64,000 bases of DNA from Candidatus Eiseniibacteriota bacterium (GTDB lineage: Bacteria > Eisenbacteria > RBG-16-71-46 > CAIMUX01 > VGJL01). The notes under the pieces are model-generated. The model ran no database searches. It was given only the letters and a program-made list of their open reading frames with translations, and was not told the origin of the DNA. The position numbers and the translations under genes were made by a program. Shown piece after piece: positions 9,047 to 17,248 of the stretch. Position 1 is the stretch's first letter. Every line of letters starts with the position of its first letter. The stretch lies in contig CAWBWI010000001.1 in assembly GCA_963792585.1 (NCBI GenBank), forward strand, positions 1,344,001 through 1,408,000. Direction: 5' to 3'.

Positions 9047-9431
9047 GGGGAGGAAAGACGCTTCGCATGGCGGGTTCTCGGGGGTTCCGAAAGCCCCTCG
9101 AACGGGTTGTGGATTGGATCGCACGCAGTTGCGCGATCCCCCCGCGACGGAGAAGAGCTGTCGGTCCCCGGGCACCGGGGCCGTAATCGCCATAATAGCC
9201 GATATCGATTGTTTTATGGCCGCGAGGGTATTGGCAGACGGCCCATGGGGTTGGCGTGTCCGAAACCGCGTATCGGATTTCCCTAAAGGCGCCCCAAAAA
9301 CCGCGCGAAGAAGGGTGGAGCGGATGATCCGATGGTCCGGGCAAGTCCTTCGCCGGTTTGCCGGATAGCATCGCGTCCGAGCGTAGACCGATCGACACCA
9401 ATATCCGGGAAGGCACAAAGAGGAGCTGGAG

Positions 9432-9836
9432 ATGAAGCTCAGAGCACTCGTGGTGGATGATTCCAGGATCATGAGGGCGATGGTGATGGAGTCGCTCAAG
9501 AAGTCGAACCTCGCGGAGTTCGAGTTCACGGAGGCGGTAGATGGAGCCGACGCGGTGAAGAAGTTCCACCGCGACAAGTTCGACATCATCTTCGCCGACT
9601 GGAACATGCCGAACATGAGCGGCGTCGAGTTTGCCCGTCATGTCCGCGGCCTGGGCAAGACCGAGCACATCCCGATCGTCATGGTCACGAGCGAAAAGAC
9701 CATGTCGAAGGTGGAAGAGGCGCTCGATGGAGCGGGAGCGAACGCGTTCATCTCCAAGCCATTCACCGTCGAGTACCTGGTGCAGAAGCTCTCCCGCGTG
9801 GTTGGCGGACTCGAGAAGAACGTTGACGTCAAATAG
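9432..9836 (+). CDS. cheY: CheY-like single-domain response regulator
   Basis: LVVDD, DWNMPNMSG, MVTS, FISKPF; AGGAG RBS. Confidence 0.85.
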   Translation: MKLRALVVDDSRIMRAMVMESLKKSNLAEFEFTEAVDGADAVKKFHRDKFDIIFADWNMPNMSGVEFARHVRGLGKTEHIPIVMVTSEKTMSKVEEALDGAGANAFISKPFTVEYLVQKLSRVVGGLEKNVDVK

Positions 9837-9876
9837 AGCCGCAACCACGAGGCCGCGCACGCAACGAGAGGGGAAC

Positions 9877-10356
9877 ATGGGAGAATCCAGAATCGAGACC
9901 GCTCACCTGACAGTTCTCAAGGACTCCACGATTTCCACCTTTGGGGCGTTCTGTGGGTCGGAACCAACCTTTGACGGAGACTTCGAGACCACCGATGACG
10001 GCGGGAGCGTTCAGGGGATCATCGCCGTGGTCGGCGACATCTCCTGGTCGGTGACGATCGGCTTCCCACCCAAAACGGCAACCACCCTGGCGGAGAAGTT
10101 CTCCGGGTTCGAGATCCCGTTCGAGAGCGACGACATGACGGACGTCGTCGGCGAACTCGCGAACGTCCTTGCGGGAGACATCGTTGCCAAACTCGAGGGC
10201 ATCGGGGTTCGCGTGCAGATGTCGCTTCCGAGCGTCGCACGGGGAAAGAACTTCAGCATGGTCCACCCGGGTTCCGCATCGGCAGCCCGTATGCGTTTCG
10301 GTCTCCCCCAGGGCACCATGTGGGTCGAATTGGCTGTGCCGAAGAAAGCGGCCTGA
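9877..10356 (+). CDS. cheX: Chemotaxis phosphatase CheX
   Basis: DVVGELANVLAG (E-x-x-N motif) and MSLPSV; start refined to ATG 9877. Confidence 0.85.
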   Translation: MGESRIETAHLTVLKDSTISTFGAFCGSEPTFDGDFETTDDGGSVQGIIAVVGDISWSVTIGFPPKTATTLAEKFSGFEIPFESDDMTDVVGELANVLAGDIVAKLEGIGVRVQMSLPSVARGKNFSMVHPGSASAARMRFGLPQGTMWVELAVPKKAA

Positions 10357-10373
10357 TCCAGCTATCGCCGGCG

Positions 10374-10390
10374 GGATCCGTCTCGGATCC
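10374..10390. terminator. Hairpin between convergent cheX and mnmA
   Basis: GGATCCG-TCT-CGGATCC; no U-tract. Confidence 0.3.
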
Positions 10391-10422
10391 GATGGAACCG
10401 CACGCCGGCAGCGCTCGGACGA

Positions 10423-11532
10423 TCAATCGACGGCGAGCGCCTCGTCGATCCGCGCACCCGCGAGCATTCGATCTCCCTTGTAGAAGACGACGGATTGCCC
10501 CGGCGCGATCGCTCCCTCCGGCTCGCTGAATCGGACGATCCACCTCTCCCCGCAAGCGCCGACGCGGCAGGGGGTGCCGGCATGGCGGTAGCGGATACGG
10601 GCGATCACTCCATCCCCTTCGAGGATCTCCATGGGCGCGAGGAGATTGCCGTCGATCGCGGCCAGCCCGCCCGCAAGGGTCGCCTCCTTCGGTCCGACCC
10701 ACAGCGTTGCCGATGCCGGCTCGATGCCAACCACATAGAGGCGTTCCCCGCCGCCAACCCCGACACCGCGACGTTGCCCGAGGGTGTAGCCGAGGAGTCC
10801 CTCGTGCTCCCCGACGACCCGTCCGGCGGAATCGCGTACGGATCCCGGCACGCGCATCGGATGCCCCTCCGGCAGCCGCTCCGCCAAGAAGCGCGGATGC
10901 TCCCCCGACGGCACGAAGCAGATGTCCTGGCTCTCGACGCTGTCCCAAGCCCGCAGGCCGATTCTCCGCGCGAGGCGGCGCACCGCCGCCTTCCGGGCGC
11001 GCCCCAACGGGAAGAGACAACGATCCAGACGCGACCGATCGAGTCCCCAGAGAACGTACGACTGGTCCTTCGTGCGATCGTGAGCGCGAAAGAGCGCCCA
11101 ACCGTCCTCTGCCTGCGCGCAGACGACGTAGTGACCGGTGGCCACCGCGTCGAATCCCATCCGCTGGGCCTTGTCGAGCAGCGGACCAAATTTCACGTAG
11201 GTGTTGCAGCGAACGCACGGATTCGGTGTCTTTGCGCGGGCATACTCGTCGACGAAGTTGCCGACCACCTCGCGACGGAAGGTCTCTTCCATATCGACGA
11301 CGGTATGGTCGATGCCGAGCAGATCGGCGCTCGAGCGGGCTTCACGCACCGCCTCCATGTCGCAACACGGACGCGCCGGCCCCTCCTGCCGCGATGAGCA
11401 GAAGAGACGCATCGTTGCGCCGGCCACTTCGTGACCGGCGCTCTTGAGCATGTAGGCTGCAACGGCGCTGTCGACGCCGCCGCTCATCGCAACGAGGACG
11501 CGCATCGGTCGCTCGGGTCGTACGAGGTCCAT
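10423..11532 (-). CDS. mnmA: tRNA 2-thiouridine(34) synthase
   Basis: AMSGGVDS, TPNPCVRCN, ATGHY, KDQSY, ESQDICF, PGQ. Confidence 0.96.
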   Translation of the reverse strand: MDLVRPERPMRVLVAMSGGVDSAVAAYMLKSAGHEVAGATMRLFCSSRQEGPARPCCDMEAVREARSSADLLGIDHTVVDMEETFRREVVGNFVDEYARAKTPNPCVRCNTYVKFGPLLDKAQRMGFDAVATGHYVVCAQAEDGWALFRAHDRTKDQSYVLWGLDRSRLDRCLFPLGRARKAAVRRLARRIGLRAWDSVESQDICFVPSGEHPRFLAERLPEGHPMRVPGSVRDSAGRVVGEHEGLLGYTLGQRRGVGVGGGERLYVVGIEPASATLWVGPKEATLAGGLAAIDGNLLAPMEILEGDGVIARIRYRHAGTPCRVGACGERWIVRFSEPEGAIAPGQSVVFYKGDRMLAGARIDEALAVD

Positions 11533-11577
11533 GTTCTCTTTCCTGCGGCCGATGTGCGCTTCCGGGTAGGCTCCGTA

Positions 11578-12210
11578 CTAGGGCTGCTCTCCCGCCGGCA
11601 GAAGACCCTGAAGGGTCTGGACGCCCTCGGCGGCCGTCTTGCCCGCCTCACCGTTCGGATCGAGCTCGACGACCTTCCTCCATTCGCGGATCGCTTCCCT
11701 GTAGATGCCGACGTCGGCGAATGCGGTCCCGAGCAGCCAATGCGGGAGAGGGCTCTTCGGATCGGCGGTCATCGCCTTGATATACAGGTCGATGGCTTTC
11801 TGGTATTCCTTCTGGGCGTAGTGCGCCTGCCCCATGTTGCAGAGCACCGTGACATCATTGGGCGCAATGGCGATGGCCTTGCGAAACTGATTCAATGCCT
11901 CCTCGGACTTCCCTTCCTCGTTGAGCACCACACCCAGATTGACCAGCGCCTGGACGTAGTTCGGCTTGAGCTCGACGGCTTTCTCGTAGCTCTGCTGCGC
12001 CTCCGTCCGACGACCCTGGTCGTACATCATGTTGCCCAACTTGAACTGGAGTTCCGCATCGTTCGGAGACTTCTTGATCTGCTCCCGGACCTCCGCCTCG
12101 GCCTTGGCGGGATCGGCCGGCGCATCCTCGGCAAGGGCCAGGGAGGCACAGCACGCGGCCATTGTGACCACGATTGCCAGGAGACGGGCGGGCCGTCCGA
12201 AACGCTTCAT
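11578..12210 (-). CDS. Exported TPR-repeat protein
   Basis: Signal peptide (MKRFGRPARLLAIVV...ALA) followed by about 4 TPR repeats; GAGGAGG RBS. Confidence 0.85.
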   Translation of the reverse strand: MKRFGRPARLLAIVVTMAACCASLALAEDAPADPAKAEAEVREQIKKSPNDAELQFKLGNMMYDQGRRTEAQQSYEKAVELKPNYVQALVNLGVVLNEEGKSEEALNQFRKAIAIAPNDVTVLCNMGQAHYAQKEYQKAIDLYIKAMTADPKSPLPHWLLGTAFADVGIYREAIREWRKVVELDPNGEAGKTAAEGVQTLQGLLPAGEQP

Positions 12211-12237
12211 CGTCAGTTTCCTCCTCAAATCATCTCG

Positions 12238-13701
12238 CTAGACGCGGAAACGGTCCGCGCGGGTCTGTTGGTCGCGCACCTGGCTCCCGAGACTCTCGAG
12301 CCCCTTCTTGCCCAGGGCCGCGTGGGTCAACCGCTTGCCCTCCTCGACGCCGGGCTGGTCGAATGGATTGACATGATACAGCATCCCGGCCGCGATCGTC
12401 GCCCACTCGTATAGGTAGAAGAGCTGTCCGAGCGCATCGGCATCGAGCCGGGCCACGTCCACGACCAGGAGGGGCCGCTGGGCCCCGGTGAGCACCAGTT
12501 CGGTCGCCGTCCGCTCGATCGCGAGGAGTTCGCCGATCGCGTGCCCGGGAATGTGATCAAGTTGCTCTTCGCCCAGCTCCGGCATCTCCGGCCGGGGAAT
12601 CGGGATCTCGGTCCAGGGCTCACGGACTCCGATCGTGGTGATCAGCTTGTCATTCGGCCCCTCGACATAGAGCTGAAGCTGCGAATGCTGGTCGGTCGCC
12701 CCGAGCGCCCGCACGGGCGTCTGCCCGACAGGAGAACGCTCCTCCCCGAACGGGGTGTGGCGCTTGCCGAGACTCTCGGCCCAGAGCTGGCAGAACCACT
12801 CGGAGAAGGAACGGAGTCCGTCGCAGTAGGGAATCATGACGGTCATCGACTTACCGCGGGCCCGATCCATGAACTGGTGGACGCCGGCGAGGGCGAGGGC
12901 CGGGTTTTCCTTCCAGGAGAAGGAACGACAGCGCTCGTCCATTCGGGCGGCCCCTGCGAGCAGCGCCTCGGGATCGACTCCGGCGACCGCTGCAGGGAGA
13001 AGTCCCACTGCAGTGAGCACGGAGAATCGCCCCCCCACGCCCGGCGGGACCGGGAGGGCCCGGAGCGCCCGCGTCCGGGAGAGCTTGCGAAGGAATCCCT
13101 TCTCCGGATCGGTCGTGACGATGAAGTGATCGGCGGCCTTCGGTCCCAGCGCCTCCGCAAGTCTCTCCCAGACGACGAGGTACTGCGCCAGCGTCTCCAC
13201 CGTCGTTCCCGACTTGCTGATCACGTTGTAGATGCTCTCCTGCGGCGGCGCGACCTCGAGAAGGCCGGCGAGCGTGTCCGGATCGACATTCTCCGCGACG
13301 AAGAGCCTCGGCGTGCCCCGTTTTTCATCCGAAAGGAGGTTTTGAAATGCCGGCAGGCAGGCATCGTAGATCGCCCGCGCCCCCAGGGCCGAGCCGCCAA
13401 TGCCGAGGATCACGAAGTTCCGCGCCGTTCGGCAATGCGCGGCCGCGGCCCGGATGTCCGCAACCCCTTCGGTCTGCAGAGGCAGGTCGAGCACCTCGAG
13501 GTGCCCCTGCATCCGCCGTTCCCGAATTTCCTCCGCGACCCGTTCCAGCTCCGGCTCGAGAGTCTTCCAGTCGGACTGCGACATCCCGTGCATCGGACCG
13601 ATCGCTTCCGCGAGGACACCGGACAGGTCGACGCGCACGTCCTCTACGCCCATCGTCCGCCCGCGTGACTGCTGCGCGCCCGTTACCCGCTCCTGCATCA
13701 C
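12238..13701 (-). CDS. pgi: Glucose-6-phosphate isomerase
   Basis: GIGGSALG, ISKSGTTVET, VGGRFSV, QLWAESLGK, DQHSQLQ, PFDQPGVE.GK. Confidence 0.96.
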   Translation of the reverse strand: MMQERVTGAQQSRGRTMGVEDVRVDLSGVLAEAIGPMHGMSQSDWKTLEPELERVAEEIRERRMQGHLEVLDLPLQTEGVADIRAAAAHCRTARNFVILGIGGSALGARAIYDACLPAFQNLLSDEKRGTPRLFVAENVDPDTLAGLLEVAPPQESIYNVISKSGTTVETLAQYLVVWERLAEALGPKAADHFIVTTDPEKGFLRKLSRTRALRALPVPPGVGGRFSVLTAVGLLPAAVAGVDPEALLAGAARMDERCRSFSWKENPALALAGVHQFMDRARGKSMTVMIPYCDGLRSFSEWFCQLWAESLGKRHTPFGEERSPVGQTPVRALGATDQHSQLQLYVEGPNDKLITTIGVREPWTEIPIPRPEMPELGEEQLDHIPGHAIGELLAIERTATELVLTGAQRPLLVVDVARLDADALGQLFYLYEWATIAAGMLYHVNPFDQPGVEEGKRLTHAALGKKGLESLGSQVRDQQTRADRFRV

Positions 13702-14465
13702 CGACCTCCCTTCCTCCCTCGGTTCTTACCTGCCTTGCGGCGAATCTCTTCGATCCTGCGTTGCTGCGCACGCACACCCCGCGCCCGCTTCGCCTCGCGG
13801 CTTCCGCCGACAGGAGGCGTCGCGGCGGGTTCCGGGGGCGGCTTCGGGGTCATCGCCGCCGGCTTCGGAGGGGCCGGGATCGCGCGTGCATCGGGGACGT
13901 ACCGATCGGGCGCGGCCTTGGAACGCATGGGCCTTTGCCGGACGGGCGCCTCCGCTTCCAGCGCCAGGAAGTGCGCCTCGATGTCCGAGAAATCCCCGGG
14001 TGGTCGCCTCTCGCTCCGGCGCTCCTCCGGAGCCGGACCTTCCAGCCGTCGAAACAACTCCGAGGGTTCCACCCTCACGACCTGCCTGGGCAAGCGCGCG
14101 CCCAGGGTCGCACGATCCGATGTGACGACGACCACGGATCGCCCTTCGCGGATCAGCCGCATCGTCATCATGACGATCCGGTCATCCGCCTCCTCTTCAG
14201 GCGCAAGGCTGTACACACTCTCCACACGCCCACCCCGCCGGGCGTCCGGATTGCGTTCCAACCGATTCCCGTCGTAGACGATCTGGACCTCGACCCCGTG
14301 CGTCGCGGCAAATCGCTCGAGGATCTCCTCGAGCCGGCGGCGCGCCTCGCCCTTCCGGTCCCCGACTTGAAGCTCCTCGAGATCGCGGTGGGAGAAGATG
14401 GCATTGTGACCGTCCACGATCCAGCGGTACCGGCGAATGTCATTGGGCCATCTTGGGTGCTTCAT
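13698..14465 (-). CDS. YacP/Rae1-like NYN-domain nuclease
   Basis: IVDGHN, IVYDG, EEADDRI, VVTSD; start refined to MKHPRW at 14465; ATGA overlap with pgi. Confidence 0.8.
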   Translation of the reverse strand: MKHPRWPNDIRRYRWIVDGHNAIFSHRDLEELQVGDRKGEARRRLEEILERFAATHGVEVQIVYDGNRLERNPDARRGGRVESVYSLAPEEEADDRIVMMTMRLIREGRSVVVVTSDRATLGARLPRQVVRVEPSELFRRLEGPAPEERRSERRPPGDFSDIEAHFLALEAEAPVRQRPMRSKAAPDRYVPDARAIPAPPKPAAMTPKPPPEPAATPPVGGSREAKRARGVRAQQRRIEEIRRKAGKNRGRKGGR

Positions 14466-14536
14466 CCCGACCGGGCTCCTCCCGAGTTCATCGTAGCGTT
14501 TCGGGAGGACTGCCGGTATGGACGGAATCGGGGGGG

Positions 14537-14572
14537 AAAAGGAAGAGGGAGCCGCACCGTGCGGGCTCCCTC
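14537..14572 (-). terminator. Intrinsic terminator after the lipoprotein gene
   Basis: GAGGGAGCC...GGCTCCCTC stem followed by TTCCTTTT on the minus strand. Confidence 0.6.
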
Positions 14573-14640
14573 CATACCGCTCCGACCGAGGCCCCGAGGG
14601 GCATTGGGACCCTCGGCCGGCGGCGGTAACCCATGTCGAG

Positions 14641-15747
14641 CTAGGAACCGAGGCAGGCGCCTTCTTTCCAAGCTCCCTCGAAGAACCCGTCTCCGCCATC
14701 GCGGGCGGCGCGCCAGTGACCGCGCACCGTTCCGACCGCGGCACCGTTCTCGTCGACCCACTCGCCCTGCAACATGCCGTGCGTGCGCAGGCGGTTCGAC
14801 TGGGACGGACTTTCGATCCCCCTGTCCTCCCAGCTACCGCGGAGGATTCCGCGGAAGTTGCCGGCACGGTCGACGTACTTGCCGAAGAAGACCTTCTCGC
14901 CCTTGGTGTTGATCCCCCAGATGCCGCGGACGTTGCCGGCCACACTTCCATCGGCGGCGACCCACCGACCCTGGAAATGACCATCCATGCCCGGCTCACG
15001 AGGAGCGAGCCATGCCCCGCCGACAAAACCGCGGTTGCATAGCTGTGGCATCATCCGGAACGAGCGGATCGCGAACTTGTTTCCCAGGTCGTCGATCACT
15101 TCCGTCCGATCGAGGTCGGCGAGATCGTTGACCGCGAGAACCCACTGGTGATCCCCGGCGGTGATCGTGAGGCTGTCGGTCACGCCATCATCACCGACAC
15201 CCAAGTTCTGCAGAACGAGCAACCGGAGCCCGTCGAAACCGCCGCTCGTGTGGCTGACCCACATCACCTTGTCACGCTCGGCGCGAGGTCCCACAAGGTA
15301 GTCGTCACGCTCGAAGGCGATCGTAGCGCGAGCGACCAACGCCCCGTGGTTGACGATTGCGGAGCCGGACCAGTCGAAGTTCTGCGCACCGTCGCCGTCG
15401 TCATTCGTGTGGATCGATGGGTCGCTGTCCAGGACGCCCCACAGAAGCGTCAGCGCGTAGGCCCGGAACGTGTCCGAGTTCTGCCATCCAAGGACATCGG
15501 GATCCGATGCGAACGCGTCTTCCGCGGCCACCTCGAGATCGCAACTCGCGGCGAGATCTTCGTCGCCGAAGAAGGGCGCCTCGCTCTGCGATGTGTATCC
15601 GCCGAGCGATTCGTCGAGATTCGGATTCTCTTGCGTGGGTATACCCTGATTCGTCGGTTGCGTGGCTTCCTTGCCGCATCCGACGAGGAGGAGGGTCGAT
15701 AGTGCGACCATGACTGCCAGCAGGGCTGGATTCCGTCGTTGGTTCAC
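14641..15747 (-). CDS. Hypothetical lipoprotein
   Basis: Lipobox LVGC; acidic N-terminal half; C-terminal repeated G-x-W beta strands. Confidence 0.75.
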   Translation of the reverse strand: MNQRRNPALLAVMVALSTLLLVGCGKEATQPTNQGIPTQENPNLDESLGGYTSQSEAPFFGDEDLAASCDLEVAAEDAFASDPDVLGWQNSDTFRAYALTLLWGVLDSDPSIHTNDDGDGAQNFDWSGSAIVNHGALVARATIAFERDDYLVGPRAERDKVMWVSHTSGGFDGLRLLVLQNLGVGDDGVTDSLTITAGDHQWVLAVNDLADLDRTEVIDDLGNKFAIRSFRMMPQLCNRGFVGGAWLAPREPGMDGHFQGRWVAADGSVAGNVRGIWGINTKGEKVFFGKYVDRAGNFRGILRGSWEDRGIESPSQSNRLRTHGMLQGEWVDENGAAVGTVRGHWRAARDGGDGFFEGAWKEGACLGS

Positions 15748-15880
15748 GTGGTCACCCCTTTTCTATGCGCCCCCCCTACTGACCGATGGCGATCCGACGG
15801 GGCTTGCCCCTTCCCCTTCGTCGCCACACATGCCCTATCCAGAGATGTGCCAGCGAGCCGTCCGCACGTCATGAATGCTG

Positions 15881-15910
15881 CATCATGTTGTATTATAATA
15901 CTTTACGATG
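15881..15910. promoter_or_regulatory. AT-rich palindrome CATC-N5-GTATTATAATAC-N5-GATG in a divergent intergenic region
   Basis: Perfect 12-bp core palindrome containing TATAAT on both strands. Confidence 0.55.
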
Positions 15911-16049
15911 GCACTATCGGTACGCGACCGTCGTGCTCCTCCATCGGGTTGCAGTCCGACTGTCCCGGTAGGTACACGCGGCCGAACGACCTGTACGCAA
16001 ACGCGCCGACTCCTGGCAATCGAGGAGACGCTGTGGCAGGCTCCCTCCG

Positions 16050-16757
16050 ATGATCCCGCTGCGCGACGACAACCCGACCCGCTCGAGGGCCTGGATGACC
16101 ATTCTGCTGATCTCACTCAATGGGATCATCTCGCTCATCCAGTGGCTCATGCCCGACGCCCAGCTGCAGGAACTCGTCTACCGCGCCGCGTTGATCCCCG
16201 CTCGTCTGGGGGGATCGCTGCAGGCTCCGGGTTTGCCGCCGATGTTGACCCTGTTGACCTCCCAGTTCTTTCATGGAGGCATCCTCCATCTGGCCGGCAA
16301 CATGCTCTTCCTCTGGATCTTCGGGAATAACGTGGAGGAGGAGTTTGGCCATTTGCGCTTCCTCGCCTTCTATCTGCTCTGCGGAATCGGCGCGGGCCTG
16401 GTCCACTACGCGACGACACCCGGGAGCACGGTCCCCACGATCGGGGCCTCCGGCGCGATCTCGGGCGTCCTCGGCGCCTACGCCTTGATGTTCCCGCGCG
16501 CGCGGATCCAGACGTTGGTCATCCTCGTCTTCTGGATCTCGGTGGTGCCGATTCCGGCGCTCCTATGGGTCGCCATCTGGTTCGGGGTACAGCTCCTCCA
16601 AGGATTGGCCACGGGCGGTCGTGGAGCGGGTGGGGGCGTCGCGTGGTTCGCGCACGTCGGAGGCCTGATCGTGGGCGTGCTGCTCCAGTTCTTCTTCCGT
16701 CGCTCCAGACCCCGCAGTCGTGTCGACCCCTTCGGAGGGTCCTGGGGCCGCGGCTAG
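16050..16757 (+). CDS. Rhomboid-family intramembrane serine protease
   Basis: MIPLRDDNP, HGGILHLAGNMLFLWIFG, GASGAISG, AHVGG. Confidence 0.95.
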   Translation: MIPLRDDNPTRSRAWMTILLISLNGIISLIQWLMPDAQLQELVYRAALIPARLGGSLQAPGLPPMLTLLTSQFFHGGILHLAGNMLFLWIFGNNVEEEFGHLRFLAFYLLCGIGAGLVHYATTPGSTVPTIGASGAISGVLGAYALMFPRARIQTLVILVFWISVVPIPALLWVAIWFGVQLLQGLATGGRGAGGGVAWFAHVGGLIVGVLLQFFFRRSRPRSRVDPFGGSWGRG

Positions 16758-17038
16758 ACAGATCGCGCCCCATTCCCATCCCCCGACGAAGCGGCACGCC
16801 CGTCGACATTTCCCGCCAGGACGAGGAGCCGCATCCGCAATCCCCGACGTTCCCGGCGGAACTGGGGATCGGTCCGTGCGATCTCATCGAGGGTCCCCAG
16901 GATCGTCCTCGAGAGGCTTACCGCGACCGGGTCGATGGGAAGCTCGCGTGCGACCCGTTCGAGAGTGTCGACGGCCGATTCGACGCGGCCCTCGAGATAG
17001 GAACGGGCAGCCTTCTCGATGGTCCCACGCACGCCCAT
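16754..17038 (-). CDS. Hypothetical small helical protein (94 aa)
   Basis: Start refined to ATG 17038 because the track's TTG lies inside the sigma54 motif. Confidence 0.5.
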   Translation of the reverse strand: MGVRGTIEKAARSYLEGRVESAVDTLERVARELPIDPVAVSLSRTILGTLDEIARTDPQFRRERRGLRMRLLVLAGNVDGRAASSGDGNGARSV

Positions 17039-17087
17039 GCCCTGCTCATGCTTGGCGATCGACGATTCGTTCACACCGGGCTTGCCA

Positions 17088-17103
17088 TGCAATCCCTGTG
17101 CCG
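17088..17103 (-). promoter_or_regulatory. sigma54 (-24/-12) promoter
   Basis: CGGCAC-AGGGA-TTGCA with exact GG-N10-GC spacing. Confidence 0.6.
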
Positions 17104-17248
17104 ATCGACCTCAACAGGCTTCGAACTGGAAACCAAGCTCCCGCACAATCATCGGCGGTTCACCGAGCTCGAGAGATCCCGCGCTTCCCGATGGGACGTC
17201 TGAATTCCGACGGTGAGTGCGGGGCGCCGTCCGTTTGGCGACGCCGCG

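Noticed and set aside
13698..15026. Track's 442-aa version of the NYN gene and other over-extended starts (folC, metB, PP2C, bcp, cheX, corC)
   Set aside because: The extensions overlap neighbouring genes or terminators; starts were refined using RBS, stop/start overlaps and family N-termini.
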